Source of the DNA: a virus
Taxonomy: Duplodnaviria; Caudoviricetes
DNA: 56,244 nucleotides
Virus record (IMG/VR): IMGVR_UViG_3300030419_002488
Location: 1-56,244 of that record
Reading direction: 5' to 3' (one strand)
Positions 29,709-38,840 of the stretch are shown here, piece after piece (within the stretch, counting starts at the first letter, position 1; every line of letters starts with the position of its first letter). Under the pieces are notes generated by a model, which was not told the origin of the DNA, made no database searches, and was given only the letters and a program-made list of their open reading frames with translations. A program made the translations under genes and the position numbers.

Positions 29709-30255
29709 ATAAATCCCCAAATGTTAAGCCAAAAGCTTCTAATTGTTTTAATGCAACTTGTTCTGTTGCAATTACATCTGCTTTACCATATTCCTCTACT
29801 ATTTCTGATGGAATTTCGTAAAACGTTTTTCCTTCTTTAAGATACGGCGAAACCAAGTCCGTCTCCTTTTGGGTAACGTTATAGCGTTTTGCAAGAGAAG
29901 CAAGTGCCAAAGACCAACGCCTTCCTTTCGCCCTAATATATTCCGCAACCATCGTATCATAAATTTCTCCCTTATATTCAAACCCACACGCACGCAACCA
30001 AGTCAAATCAAATTTTATATTTTGTCCGACAAGAACATCAGCCTTGTCCAGATCATCTTGTATTAGTTTTGCCGTATTTGAATCGTAGTTGTATTCACTA
30101 TCCTTGTGATAAAAAAATTTGTAATTAACTTCTTTGTTTAAGAGCCACTTCCAACCTATTGATACCAAACGATTATTAAAGTAAGGCAACGCAGTAGTTC
30201 CGCCCGATACTTTATCTCTGTGAGTTGTCTCAACGTCTAGTGTTAGGATATTCAT
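29692..30255 (-). CDS. 3'-5' proofreading exonuclease domain of PolA, separate ORF
   Basis: ExoI LDVET, ExoII NIKFD, YDTM, ExoIII YGKAD. Confidence 0.88.
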   Translation of the reverse strand: MNILTLDVETTHRDKVSGGTTALPYFNNRLVSIGWKWLLNKEVNYKFFYHKDSEYNYDSNTAKLIQDDLDKADVLVGQNIKFDLTWLRACGFEYKGEIYDTMVAEYIRAKGRRWSLALASLAKRYNVTQKETDLVSPYLKEGKTFYEIPSEIVEEYGKADVIATEQVALKQLEAFGLTFGDLYERDT

Positions 30256-30376
30256 TTTTTAATTTCTCCATTGAACAATAAAAACAACATAACTTTTGTT
30301 TAATCCAAAACATTTTTGTAAAAATAAATTGCTGCCAACATACTTCACATTTCTCTTTGTGTTCATATTTATACAT
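30230..30376 (-). CDS. Small CxxC...CxxC zinc-ribbon-like protein (48 aa; not in ORF track)
   Basis: MYKYEHKEKCEVCW...LCCFYCS; TAATG coupling to helicase. Confidence 0.5.
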   Translation of the reverse strand: MYKYEHKEKCEVCWQQFIFTKMFWIKQKLCCFYCSMEKLKNEYPNTRR

Positions 30377-31602
30377 TAGTAATACACCCCTTTCTGCACA
30401 TCTATTTGAACATTAATCATTCCGTGCCACCCATTCACTTTATTTTTTGAAACACAAATGTGTCGCACAACATTGTCAACCTCACTTGATCCTGTCTTAC
30501 CTATACCAATTATAACATCAGCTTCCCCTGCCTTTCCTGTCTTGGAATTGTCAAGCATAGCGTAATCTATAAATTGTCTGTCGTGAGCATCGTAACTCGC
30601 CTGACTGACTGCCCAAACCAAGCAATCATTTCGTTTGGCTATCTCTCTTGCAGTAACATAGGTTTCCTTCAATCGTTCATCTCCACGATTGTATTCGCCC
30701 TTGATTCTGAATTTGTCAAGCTGATCACAAAACATAATGTCTGGTTTGTTTAGTTTAGCATACTCATCAACTTCTTCTATAGATGTTCCCACCGAATCCA
30801 TTATAACCAAATAAGGTTCTATTTCTTTTCTGTATCTATCTAGCAAATCAAATCTTTTTTCTATCATCTCATCTTTAGTCAATTCAAAATAAGATTGTAT
30901 TATTCGTAACTTAATTCTACTGGCGGGTTCTTCGTTTGCCCAGTAAACAACTTGGAAACCTTGCTTAATATATGAAGATGCAATAAAACAACAAAAGGTA
31001 GTTTTACCTACTTCTGGTCGTGCAAATATAATACCCAAGTTTCCTCTATCTAGTCCTTTAATGTGTTCGTTGATTAAATGAAACTGAAACGGAAAGTCAT
31101 TATCCCCCGCTTCTTCTGTCAACAACTCATCTAGGTTCTTGTCAACAATAGTATAAGTTGTCTTATCCCCTATTCTACCATCTTCTACCACATCAATTAA
31201 TTTTCTTAACTCACCAAACTCGTCATTTTCACCTGTAAATATTTCTAGTGCTTTCTCGCCTATCTGTCTGGCTTTGTCACGCAACCACAAGTTATTAACC
31301 AGATCTAAATGAATATCATCACAAGATTCTACAACAACCAGTTGTGATATAATTTCTTGAATCCGTTTTCTACTTGAATCAGGCATTGCAGGGTTTCTGT
31401 CATTAAAGATTCCTTGCAATTCTGAAACAGATAAAGTTCGGTTGTATTTTGTGTGTGAATAAACTAGCGTGTCAAATATGTCACGCAGTTCTGCGTCAAA
31501 CATTTCTCTGTCAATTTTGTTTTTAACTTTTGCAAAGAAGTCAATGTTAAGGCAGTAACCTAAAACTTGTCGGTCAATTGATATACCGTTTGATAAACTC
31601 AT
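30376..31602 (-). CDS. DnaB/SF4 replicative helicase
   Basis: Walker A ARPEVGKT, NEE, DQLDK, VSQA, SKTGKAGEAD, SKNK. Confidence 0.9.
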   Translation of the reverse strand: MSLSNGISIDRQVLGYCLNIDFFAKVKNKIDREMFDAELRDIFDTLVYSHTKYNRTLSVSELQGIFNDRNPAMPDSSRKRIQEIISQLVVVESCDDIHLDLVNNLWLRDKARQIGEKALEIFTGENDEFGELRKLIDVVEDGRIGDKTTYTIVDKNLDELLTEEAGDNDFPFQFHLINEHIKGLDRGNLGIIFARPEVGKTTFCCFIASSYIKQGFQVVYWANEEPASRIKLRIIQSYFELTKDEMIEKRFDLLDRYRKEIEPYLVIMDSVGTSIEEVDEYAKLNKPDIMFCDQLDKFRIKGEYNRGDERLKETYVTAREIAKRNDCLVWAVSQASYDAHDRQFIDYAMLDNSKTGKAGEADVIIGIGKTGSSEVDNVVRHICVSKNKVNGWHGMINVQIDVQKGVYY

Positions 31603-32377
31603 CTCTTTCCCCTCTATTCATATCTTTCAAATCCTTGTTCAAAACAATTAATTTAGTTGGAACATAGTTCCGTAATTTTCTTATTAACGATATTGCCTTA
31701 CTTGTAGCATCTTTGTCAAGTGCTACATAAACTTTTTTAAATTTTTTTATAATTTCAATGTGTTCATCTAATAAAGATGTTCCCATCAAACTTATTCCGT
31801 GTGCAAGGTGACTAATACTGCAAGCACTAGGACAATCTTCGACAATAATTCCACAAAATCCGTTTCCAGATAAAAAAGGATTTCTGCTATTTCCATATCT
31901 TCTCCATTTCGGTTTCCTGTTATTTAAACTCCTACCAGTTGCATCAACTACCCTTCCATTACTAAGACTTTTGACAAGAAAGACAACACGATCTTGTTGG
32001 AAGTCATACCGAATGTCAGCCAGTCCAGACAAATAAGCGTCGTAAGAGTTTACTTCTTTTACATAATTTTCTGCATTAATATTACGAGATAAAGAAACAA
32101 ATGTGTCAGGTAAAACAAACTCACTTGCTTCTTTCTTTTCTTCTTTTTCTATGTGTTCTTTAAATGCGACTTTTGAGTTCTCTTTTGTCAGTTGCACACC
32201 AGTTGATCCTTTAGTGTTACAATCAACATGAAAACAATTCCAAAGTCTTTCAAATCCTGTATCAGTTACGCTAAAGGTATTTGTCCTATGACATACAGGA
32301 CAATCCCCACGATAACGCCCGTAAGATACAATATGTAAAGTTCCCACATAGTTTTTTATCCAACTAGGGTTTGTCAT
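31574..32377 (-). CDS. DNA primase (Zn finger + TOPRIM)
   Basis: CPVC...CFHVDC, IVED, ALDKDA, DLKD. Confidence 0.88.
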   Translation of the reverse strand: MTNPSWIKNYVGTLHIVSYGRYRGDCPVCHRTNTFSVTDTGFERLWNCFHVDCNTKGSTGVQLTKENSKVAFKEHIEKEEKKEASEFVLPDTFVSLSRNINAENYVKEVNSYDAYLSGLADIRYDFQQDRVVFLVKSLSNGRVVDATGRSLNNRKPKWRRYGNSRNPFLSGNGFCGIIVEDCPSACSISHLAHGISLMGTSLLDEHIEIIKKFKKVYVALDKDATSKAISLIRKLRNYVPTKLIVLNKDLKDMNRGERDEFIKRYIN

Positions 32378-32582
32378 TTTTACCCAGATGTTTTTCGTAA
32401 TAAGGTTTTAAATCTTCGTTTGAATAGATTTCAACTTCTTGTTTGTTCTGTTCAACAATTTTAAAATCACTAACAAATATATCCCTTTTATCATCTTCCC
32501 CTACTTCGTAAGGTATAAATATATTTAGTCGTGCATCTGGTTTACACTTTTTAAGTTCTTTAATTAATTCAGCTACTCGCAT
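32364..32582 (-). CDS. Hypothetical protein
   Basis: MRVAELIKELK start with GAAAGGG RBS downstream of the promoter. Confidence 0.65.
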   Translation of the reverse strand: MRVAELIKELKKCKPDARLNIFIPYEVGEDDKRDIFVSDFKIVEQNKQEVEIYSNEDLKPYYEKHLGKNDKP

Positions 32583-32609
32583 AAATTTTCCCTTTCTATA
32601 TTTGTCAGC

Positions 32610-32639
32610 ATTATAATCACGGATAAATTTTATTGTCAA
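32610..32639 (-). promoter_or_regulatory. Sigma70-type promoter for the replication operon
   Basis: Minus strand TTGACA-18nt-TATAAT. Confidence 0.7.
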
Positions 32640-32652
32640 CAAAATAAATAAT

Positions 32653-32681
32653 TTGACACAATTTTTAATCTATGGTATGTG
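32653..32681 (+). promoter_or_regulatory. Divergent sigma70-type promoter for early genes
   Basis: TTGACA-17nt-TATGTG with upstream TG; back-to-back with the minus promoter. Confidence 0.5.
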
Positions 32682-32776
32682 TGTGAAACCCGTTGGGTGA
32701 TATACCCCACTAGGATTAATTTAAAAATAAATAATAAAATACTTTACATACAGATTGACACGGAGTATAAATAATT

Positions 32777-32998
32777 ATGACTAGACCAAACAAAATACTT
32801 TCTGAAACAATGTCATACAATTTGACAATAGAAAAGAAGGATCACAAAGAATTAAAAGAATATTCAGTTAAAGAAACAGAACGCTTTAATCAACAGATAA
32901 GCGTTGCTGACTTAATACGGACTTCTGTTAAGTTATATCTTGACGATTTAAAACAAGTTTACGAGGAAAACAATGGAACAAGCACAAGTAGAGATTGA
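32777..32998 (+). CDS. Ribbon-helix-helix-like transcription regulator
   Basis: SYNLTI beta strand, helix, SVADLIRTSVKLYL; next to the divergent promoters. Confidence 0.55.
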   Translation: MTRPNKILSETMSYNLTIEKKDHKELKEYSVKETERFNQQISVADLIRTSVKLYLDDLKQVYEENNGTSTSRD

Positions 32999-33239
32999 AC
33001 AACGCCAAGATGGTAACTGGATAGTTTACGCAAAATTGTCAGCAGTAAGAATAGGATTAGAAAGTAAAGAATTTGTCAAAAATGGAAACAGAATAGATTA
33101 TCGTAAGTGGATAACTTGTTTTGTCGCCAAGACACAAAAAGCTTGTATTGAATGGCAAAAGAATAACAAGACTAAACTAGATAAGTTAAGTCAAAAATAT
33201 TCTGTGAATGTCAAGCAATATAAGGAAAGCACAAGTTAA
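32973..33239 (+). CDS. Hypothetical protein
   Basis: GAGG RBS. Confidence 0.65.
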   Translation: MEQAQVEIEQRQDGNWIVYAKLSAVRIGLESKEFVKNGNRIDYRKWITCFVAKTQKACIEWQKNNKTKLDKLSQKYSVNVKQYKESTS

Positions 33240-33262
33240 GTGCATTTTTATTTTCCTCCAAG

Positions 33263-33295
33263 AAAAAGGGTAACTTTAGGGTTACCTTTTTTTTT
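33263..33295 (+). terminator. Rho-independent terminator (possibly bidirectional)
   Basis: AAAAAGGGTAAC-TTTAGG-GTTACCTTTTTTTTT. Confidence 0.8.
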
Positions 33296-33297
33296 AG

Positions 33298-33327
33298 TTG
33301 ACAAGTTATTTTAATTAGTTGTATAAG
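33298..33327 (+). promoter_or_regulatory. Sigma70-type promoter
   Basis: TTGACA-18nt-TATAAG right after the terminator. Confidence 0.55.
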
Positions 33328-33367
33328 TTTCCCTGTAATAAATATTTTTAATGAAAGGGGAAATATT

Positions 33368-33616
33368 ATGTTACCAAAATATAAAAAATGGGAAGATTGG
33401 GCAAAAAAATATTATGGTCAATTAGTCGGTTATACTATTAAAGAATTTAAAATTGAAGATAATAGTGAAGTTGATGATGGTTATACAGATGATCAATTTC
33501 CAGTTTTTGTTTTAACAAAAGGAAATTCTAGTGGTGAACCAGAATTAAAAATTTCTGTTTCTCAAGATGAAGAAGGAAACGGAAGTGGTTTTTTATTTAT
33601 AGAGAGGAATGAATAA
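33368..33616 (+). CDS. Hypothetical early protein
   Basis: GAAAGGGG RBS; SQDEEGNGSGFL. Confidence 0.75.
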   Translation: MLPKYKKWEDWAKKYYGQLVGYTIKEFKIEDNSEVDDGYTDDQFPVFVLTKGNSSGEPELKISVSQDEEGNGSGFLFIERNE

Positions 33617-33783
33617 TGAAGATAGATAACGACTACAAAAATGGTTGGCGATATATAGTTTGGGTTGGTGGTGTTGATGACTACTATATAAACTATAAAG
33701 ATGCCAAGCGAGATGCAGACGAATGGAAAGACAAGGGTTACAATGATGTAATCATTGAACAAATAAAGGAGTATAGACAATGA
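33616..33783 (+). CDS. Small hypothetical protein (55 aa; not in ORF track)
   Basis: MKIDNDYKNGWRYIVWVGGVDDYY...; TAATG and ATGA coupling. Confidence 0.7.
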   Translation: MKIDNDYKNGWRYIVWVGGVDDYYINYKDAKRDADEWKDKGYNDVIIEQIKEYRQ

Positions 33784-34046
33784 GTGGGCATAGTTTTGAC
33801 ACAGAGTGTCCTAATTGTAATGGTATTATGAGTGCATATACAGATCATAAACCATTTCAATACGAAAGTGGTGAGTGCTACGATTGTGGGTTTCATTTCT
33901 ATACAATCGCAAAGCAGATGGATTTAAAAACACTTAACAAATGTAGAGCAGATGAAGAACTACACGAAATGAAATTAGATCCACTAAAGAAGTTACCAAA
34001 AATACAAGAATGGTTAAAACCATATTTAACAAAGGGGGATAAATGA
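33780..34046 (+). CDS. Zinc-ribbon protein
   Basis: CPNC...CYDCG; AAGGAG RBS. Confidence 0.7.
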   Translation: MSGHSFDTECPNCNGIMSAYTDHKPFQYESGECYDCGFHFYTIAKQMDLKTLNKCRADEELHEMKLDPLKKLPKIQEWLKPYLTKGDK

Positions 34047-34198
34047 TGGATAGATATGCTAGACCAAAAGTAAAAATATATTTTAGAATAGATGAGGAAG
34101 ACGATACAAAGTTACATATAGATGCAGAAGCAATGTTAAAAGATGCTCTATCTATACTAAAAAAAGAAAACCCTAATTGTAAAGTGGAGATTGGATAA
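34043..34198 (+). CDS. Small hypothetical protein (not in ORF track)
   Basis: AAGGGGG RBS, coupled at both ends. Confidence 0.6.
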   Translation: MMDRYARPKVKIYFRIDEEDDTKLHIDAEAMLKDALSILKKENPNCKVEIG

Positions 34199-34383
34199 TG
34201 GATATGAACGAATTTTCAAGGCAATTACAACACAATGTTATCAAACCATTTAAAGATGGTGTAGAAGATGGATTGTTACATGGGGAACGAGATGAAAGGC
34301 AAGGTAGTCATTACTACAAACAAGGTTATGACTATGGTATTTATCTACATGGTGAACTTAAAATAGAGGAGAATAGTGAATGA
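34198..34383 (+). CDS. Hypothetical protein
   Basis: FKDGVEDG...YKQGYDYG; GGAG RBS. Confidence 0.7.
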   Translation: MDMNEFSRQLQHNVIKPFKDGVEDGLLHGERDERQGSHYYKQGYDYGIYLHGELKIEENSE

Positions 34384-35522
34384 ATTGGTTAAATTTATGT
34401 AGTGGTGGTGAGATAGGTCGCCAAGCAGTAAAAGAGTTAGGACTACCAGTAGATAACTGGTTTAGTTCAGAAGTAGATAAGTTTGCTATCAAGGTAGCTA
34501 AAGATAATCATAAAGATGTAATTCACATAGGTGACATTTGTAATGCACTTCACAATACACGAACATTAAAGATAGATGTTATGCTTTGTGGTTCACCCTG
34601 TCAGGGTTTTTCAGTTGCGGGTAAAGGGTTGAACTTTGAACACCCGCAATCAAAATTATTTTTTGAATTTGTCAAGATATACAAATACCATTATGAACGC
34701 TTCCCCCAAATGAAGTTATTATTTGAAAATGTAAGAATGAAAAAAGAGTGGCAAGATATTATTGTCAACACATTACAAGAGATTAACCCAAACTTAAAAT
34801 TACACATTATTAATTCATCTATCGTGTCAGCACAGAATAGGGTGCGAATGTATATCACGGATTTTGATTTTAAGATACCTGAAGATAGAGGTATTAAACT
34901 TAAAGATATAGTTGAGTGTGGTTGTGTAGATAGGGAGAAGTCTTATTGTTTAGATGCTAACTATTGGAAAGGTGGTAATTTAAAGTCTTATTTTGAAAAG
35001 TCACGCAGACAATTAGTGTTCGGAGATGGTTGCAAACAAGTTGGAATTGCTGATCTAAATGGACATGATATACTCAAGCGTGTCTATTCAGTTGAAGGAA
35101 AGTCACCAACATTAAATACTTGTGGTGGTGGTAATCGTGAACCAAAGATACTTTGTAAATCAGCGTCAATTACTGGTCGTAGACTAGACAAACAAGGCAT
35201 ACGCAAAGATAACGATTTGTCAATTCCAATAACACAAACATTAGAAGTTTCAAACAAAGATAAATCTCGTTGTCTATCTACAATAACCAAAGATGCAGTT
35301 GTTTCACCACTACCAGTTGGTCGTTATCCAGATGCGTATGAAAATAATTCTTTACAATGGAGAAAATTGTCTGTAAAAGAATGTTGTCGGTTGCAAACAT
35401 TACCAGATGACTATTGTAAATCAGTTAGTAATAGTCAGGCATATAAGATACTTGGTAATGGTTGGACTAACGAAGTAATTAAATTTATTTTAAAAGGGGA
35501 AAATAAAAATGAAAGTAAATGA
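34380..35522 (+). CDS. C5 cytosine DNA methyltransferase
   Basis: GSPCQGFS, FENV, QNRVR, RKLSVKECCRLQTLPD, LGNGW. Confidence 0.92.
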   Translation: MNWLNLCSGGEIGRQAVKELGLPVDNWFSSEVDKFAIKVAKDNHKDVIHIGDICNALHNTRTLKIDVMLCGSPCQGFSVAGKGLNFEHPQSKLFFEFVKIYKYHYERFPQMKLLFENVRMKKEWQDIIVNTLQEINPNLKLHIINSSIVSAQNRVRMYITDFDFKIPEDRGIKLKDIVECGCVDREKSYCLDANYWKGGNLKSYFEKSRRQLVFGDGCKQVGIADLNGHDILKRVYSVEGKSPTLNTCGGGNREPKILCKSASITGRRLDKQGIRKDNDLSIPITQTLEVSNKDKSRCLSTITKDAVVSPLPVGRYPDAYENNSLQWRKLSVKECCRLQTLPDDYCKSVSNSQAYKILGNGWTNEVIKFILKGENKNESK

Positions 35523-36348
35523 AAACTATTATGAATGTAAGTTAGTTAGTGTAGGCGAACAAGCGGATAACATTATTAAAAAATTAAGAGATAAAAATCT
35601 TAAACTTACTACACTACTAGATGAAAAAAACAATAACATTCCAGAAGATTACAAACATGATTTGAAAGTTTATAAATCAAGAGTTGAAAATCTTGAACGG
35701 ACTTGTAGCATACTTAACGAAACAATTAAATCAAAAGACTATCACATAGATGACTTGCTTAACCAGATAGGAAAAGACGAAGAAAACGCTGATAATAAAG
35801 ATCAGGAGTATGTTGATTACACCGCTAAATTAGAAACACAAAATGTAGAGTTACAAAAAAAAGTAAACTATTTAGAAAAGATATTTAATGAACATAAATA
35901 TGTATTTAGCAACATACCTAATAATGATTTTGGTAGAGGGTTTGTTGACAGATTAGAATACTATCTAAATAAGAAAAAGTATAAGTTAAGAAAGCGTGGA
36001 CAATATCTTGTCGATGGAGAAGATTGGAGAAAATATCAAAGAGGTCAACCAATCAGCAAATCAAAATGTATTCGTGTCTACATAGATAACTTGGGAACAC
36101 TAGATACAACAGAGGGTTTTAATCTACAAGAGATTGATCTTATCCTAGATGGATTATATTATAGGGAAGATAAATGTCATGAGTTCATAGATAGTTGGGG
36201 TTACAAGGGTAACGAAAAAGATGAAGATGTTGTCAACGAAAAATCTACACTTAAAAAAACTTTGTCACTTATAAAATATTTTGAAGAAATGAAAACACAC
36301 ATAGAAGAATGTCAATTTAAAATGGGGGAGACAAATAATGTCACATAA
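35509..36348 (+). CDS. Coiled-coil hypothetical protein
   Basis: AAGGGG RBS, 279 aa. Confidence 0.7.
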   Translation: MKVNENYYECKLVSVGEQADNIIKKLRDKNLKLTTLLDEKNNNIPEDYKHDLKVYKSRVENLERTCSILNETIKSKDYHIDDLLNQIGKDEENADNKDQEYVDYTAKLETQNVELQKKVNYLEKIFNEHKYVFSNIPNNDFGRGFVDRLEYYLNKKKYKLRKRGQYLVDGEDWRKYQRGQPISKSKCIRVYIDNLGTLDTTEGFNLQEIDLILDGLYYREDKCHEFIDSWGYKGNEKDEDVVNEKSTLKKTLSLIKYFEEMKTHIEECQFKMGETNNVT

Positions 36349-36514
36349 TGGAAATAGCAAAGTTTACGACCAGTTGTATGACGAGTGTTCGAGTATGACA
36401 ATAGCAGATTTATCTTATTGGTTAGAAAAGAATGGCAAAGTTATTTCTGTAGGTAAACTTGAAAACATAATAACTCTTTATTGTGAAACAGAATTTGACA
36501 AGCGTTTTGATTAG
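36338..36514 (+). CDS. Small hypothetical protein (58 aa; not in ORF track)
   Basis: GGGGAG RBS; MSHNGNSKVYDQLYDE... Confidence 0.65.
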   Translation: MSHNGNSKVYDQLYDECSSMTIADLSYWLEKNGKVISVGKLENIITLYCETEFDKRFD

Positions 36515-36551
36515 TGATAGGTATCTAGTTTAACGAAAGGGGAAAATACAG

Positions 36552-36881
36552 ATGAAACTATATAGCATACATTACAAGGGAGATGAAAATAACCCTAAAA
36601 CTTTTGAGGGAGTTACTGATAACTTTGAGAAATGGTTAGAAGAACATAATTCTCATAGAGAAGAAGATTGTCAAGAAAGAGCAGACAATTTTGAAGTAAA
36701 AGAAATTAAATTGTCTTTGCTTGAAGATGAAAATAAAAAAACTCAAATAATTAAAATAAAAAGTTTTAAAATCTATATTGACGACACATTCAATGATAAA
36801 GTATTGGTTGGAGATGATGTAGAAACTGCTTTAGAAATACTAGGGAACAATGGTTACATTGTAGAAGTGGAGTATGAATAA
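36552..36881 (+). CDS. Hypothetical protein
   Basis: GAAAGGGG RBS. Confidence 0.7.
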   Translation: MKLYSIHYKGDENNPKTFEGVTDNFEKWLEEHNSHREEDCQERADNFEVKEIKLSLLEDENKKTQIIKIKSFKIYIDDTFNDKVLVGDDVETALEILGNNGYIVEVEYE

Positions 36882-37069
36882 TGGATATAAAAGAATTGAT
36901 AAAAAAACTTTCAGACTATCCACAAGACACAAGAATAGATTTTATTCTTTTGGATAAGGATTGGGAAGATAGCACAAAAGATACTTATTTAAATGTTAAA
37001 GGCATTGTAGGTAGTGGTGGAGATGATGCTAATAAATATATTGAATTTGGATTGGAGTATGAAAGATGA
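36881..37069 (+). CDS. Hypothetical protein
   Basis: MDIKELIKKLSDYPQD; GGAG RBS. Confidence 0.7.
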   Translation: MDIKELIKKLSDYPQDTRIDFILLDKDWEDSTKDTYLNVKGIVGSGGDDANKYIEFGLEYER

Positions 37070-37659
37070 GCAAAACAGATAGAGTAAGAGTTTATTATAA
37101 TCTACATAAGAAATGTTTTTCTGTTCAGGATTATAAAACTGGGTTGGTAACTAAACACACTAACCAGTTGAATTTATCTAACGCTATGTTTGTTGTTCGC
37201 AAGAGTGGTAACGAAAGAGTGAGGAGTGAGGGCAAAAAGAATGTCCATGCTTTTGTCAATGGTATTGTCAAAGACAAACCAAGTGACACTATTAGTTTTC
37301 ACAATTCATACAAAGTGCGTTATAACCCATACGAGATGGATTACTTCCATTATGAAAAAATGGTTACTGATTGGCAAGGTGAAAAATCAGTTTGGTTGCC
37401 TGTTTCTAAACATTGGATAGGTGATGTTTATTTATTTATTGAAAATGATAAACCAGTTATGTATGCAGATATTGACAAACTGGGTGACACTAACAATGAC
37501 AAACTGGGTGACACTAAAGGTGATGAAGAATTTGGAGTTACGGATTTGTTAAATACCCAGTTTTTTAGATCGTCAAAGATTGGTGGAGAATTTTTAAGAA
37601 GAAAAAGAAAAATTATTGATAGCAGAAATAAAATAAAAAATAAAACTATTGTAATCTAA
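37066..37659 (+). CDS. Phage hypothetical protein
   Basis: VRVYYNLHKKCFSV, KKNVHAFV.G, YNPY motifs. Confidence 0.75.
   Translation: MSKTDRVRVYYNLHKKCFSVQDYKTGLVTKHTNQLNLSNAMFVVRKSGNERVRSEGKKNVHAFVNGIVKDKPSDTISFHNSYKVRYNPYEMDYFHYEKMVTDWQGEKSVWLPVSKHWIGDVYLFIENDKPVMYADIDKLGDTNNDKLGDTKGDEEFGVTDLLNTQFFRSSKIGGEFLRRKRKIIDSRNKIKNKTIVI
37473..37517 (+). repeat. 21-nt direct repeat x2, period 24
   Basis: TGACAAACTGGGTGACACTAA at 37473 and 37497. Confidence 0.9.
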
Positions 37660-37716
37660 ACAGAATAAGTTTATAAAAGAATTTCATTTTAATTATTTTA
37701 CAGAAAGGGTTTTAAA

Positions 37717-38730
37717 ATGAATTATATAAATCAGGACTTCACTAAAGAAGTAAATACTCATAGAGATTATACAGATGTTAGTTTTTATGAAGACAATTCC
37801 AAGATAACAAAAGTAAATCTACAAGCGGAAATACCAGTTAGCATTAAAACTGAATTTAACGATGCGGAAATATTGGAAAATAAAAGACTTGATGGTTATT
37901 TTGGTCTTTACAATTCAAGTTTGGATAGATTGCTGGTTACTCGACCAGTTAGCGAAACTTATAAATTAATTCCACATCATGAATTATTTAGTGAACAAGC
38001 AAAAATACTTGGTCAATCTGATTTGCCTTTAGATAATGTTACGATAGTTGATCAATTATATAAAGATGGTTTACAAGCACACAGAATAATTTATTTTCAT
38101 GATCTTGAAAAAGCGGTTGGAGATAAACAAGATAAGGTTTTATGTAGAATAGATATATTTAACTCTTGTGATATGTCTTGGTCATTCCAAGTTTTTTCTG
38201 GTGCGTATCGTGATCTATGTAGGAATACAATGGTATTTGGTGGACAAAAATCTTATCATCAAGTAGCGAAACATACTCGTAATCTATCCACTACCGCTTT
38301 AATGACTAAAGCAAGTATTGGATTAGAACATTGGACAAACCAATCTGAACAGATGGATAACTGGGTTAATTCCCAGATGAATATTGAACAATTTGGAAAT
38401 ATTCTTAAAGAAACTATTTGTAAAAAGAAAGGTAAATCAGCAGAACTTAATCTGGTTAAACCAGTTAATGAAACTAAACTTAACTATTTACTAGATAGAT
38501 TTGAAAAAGAACAAAGTGAACTTGGTCAAACTATGTGGGCGGGTTATAATGCCTTAACGCATTGGTCAACACACACAGACGAAACTATTGAAAAAGAAAT
38601 AGACAATAAGTTAGTCAAAATTAGATCTGGTAAATCAACAGCAGATAAACCTAGTGTTCAGCGAACTCGTAACGATGAAGTAAGAAGTGTTATTGAATGT
38701 GATAGTTGGAAACAATTGGAAGTTGCTTAA
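37717..38730 (+). CDS. DUF932-like protein
   Basis: VS..Y..IPH.E, NSCDMSWSF...GAYR.LC.N.M, H T, T.W..YNALTHWSTH. Confidence 0.75.
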   Translation: MNYINQDFTKEVNTHRDYTDVSFYEDNSKITKVNLQAEIPVSIKTEFNDAEILENKRLDGYFGLYNSSLDRLLVTRPVSETYKLIPHHELFSEQAKILGQSDLPLDNVTIVDQLYKDGLQAHRIIYFHDLEKAVGDKQDKVLCRIDIFNSCDMSWSFQVFSGAYRDLCRNTMVFGGQKSYHQVAKHTRNLSTTALMTKASIGLEHWTNQSEQMDNWVNSQMNIEQFGNILKETICKKKGKSAELNLVKPVNETKLNYLLDRFEKEQSELGQTMWAGYNALTHWSTHTDETIEKEIDNKLVKIRSGKSTADKPSVQRTRNDEVRSVIECDSWKQLEVA

Positions 38731-38731
38731 C

Positions 38732-38824
38732 ATGAGTGATGGATTAGAATTAGCGTATATTATTTATAGAATAGTAGTTGTTATATTATTTTGTTTAATA
38801 GTATACGCCATTATATCATGGTAA
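38732..38824 (+). CDS. Single-TM micro-protein (30 aa)
   Basis: IVVVILFCLIVYAIISW. Confidence 0.5.
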   Translation: MSDGLELAYIIYRIVVVILFCLIVYAIISW

Positions 38825-38840
38825 AAGCGGAGTAATTATT

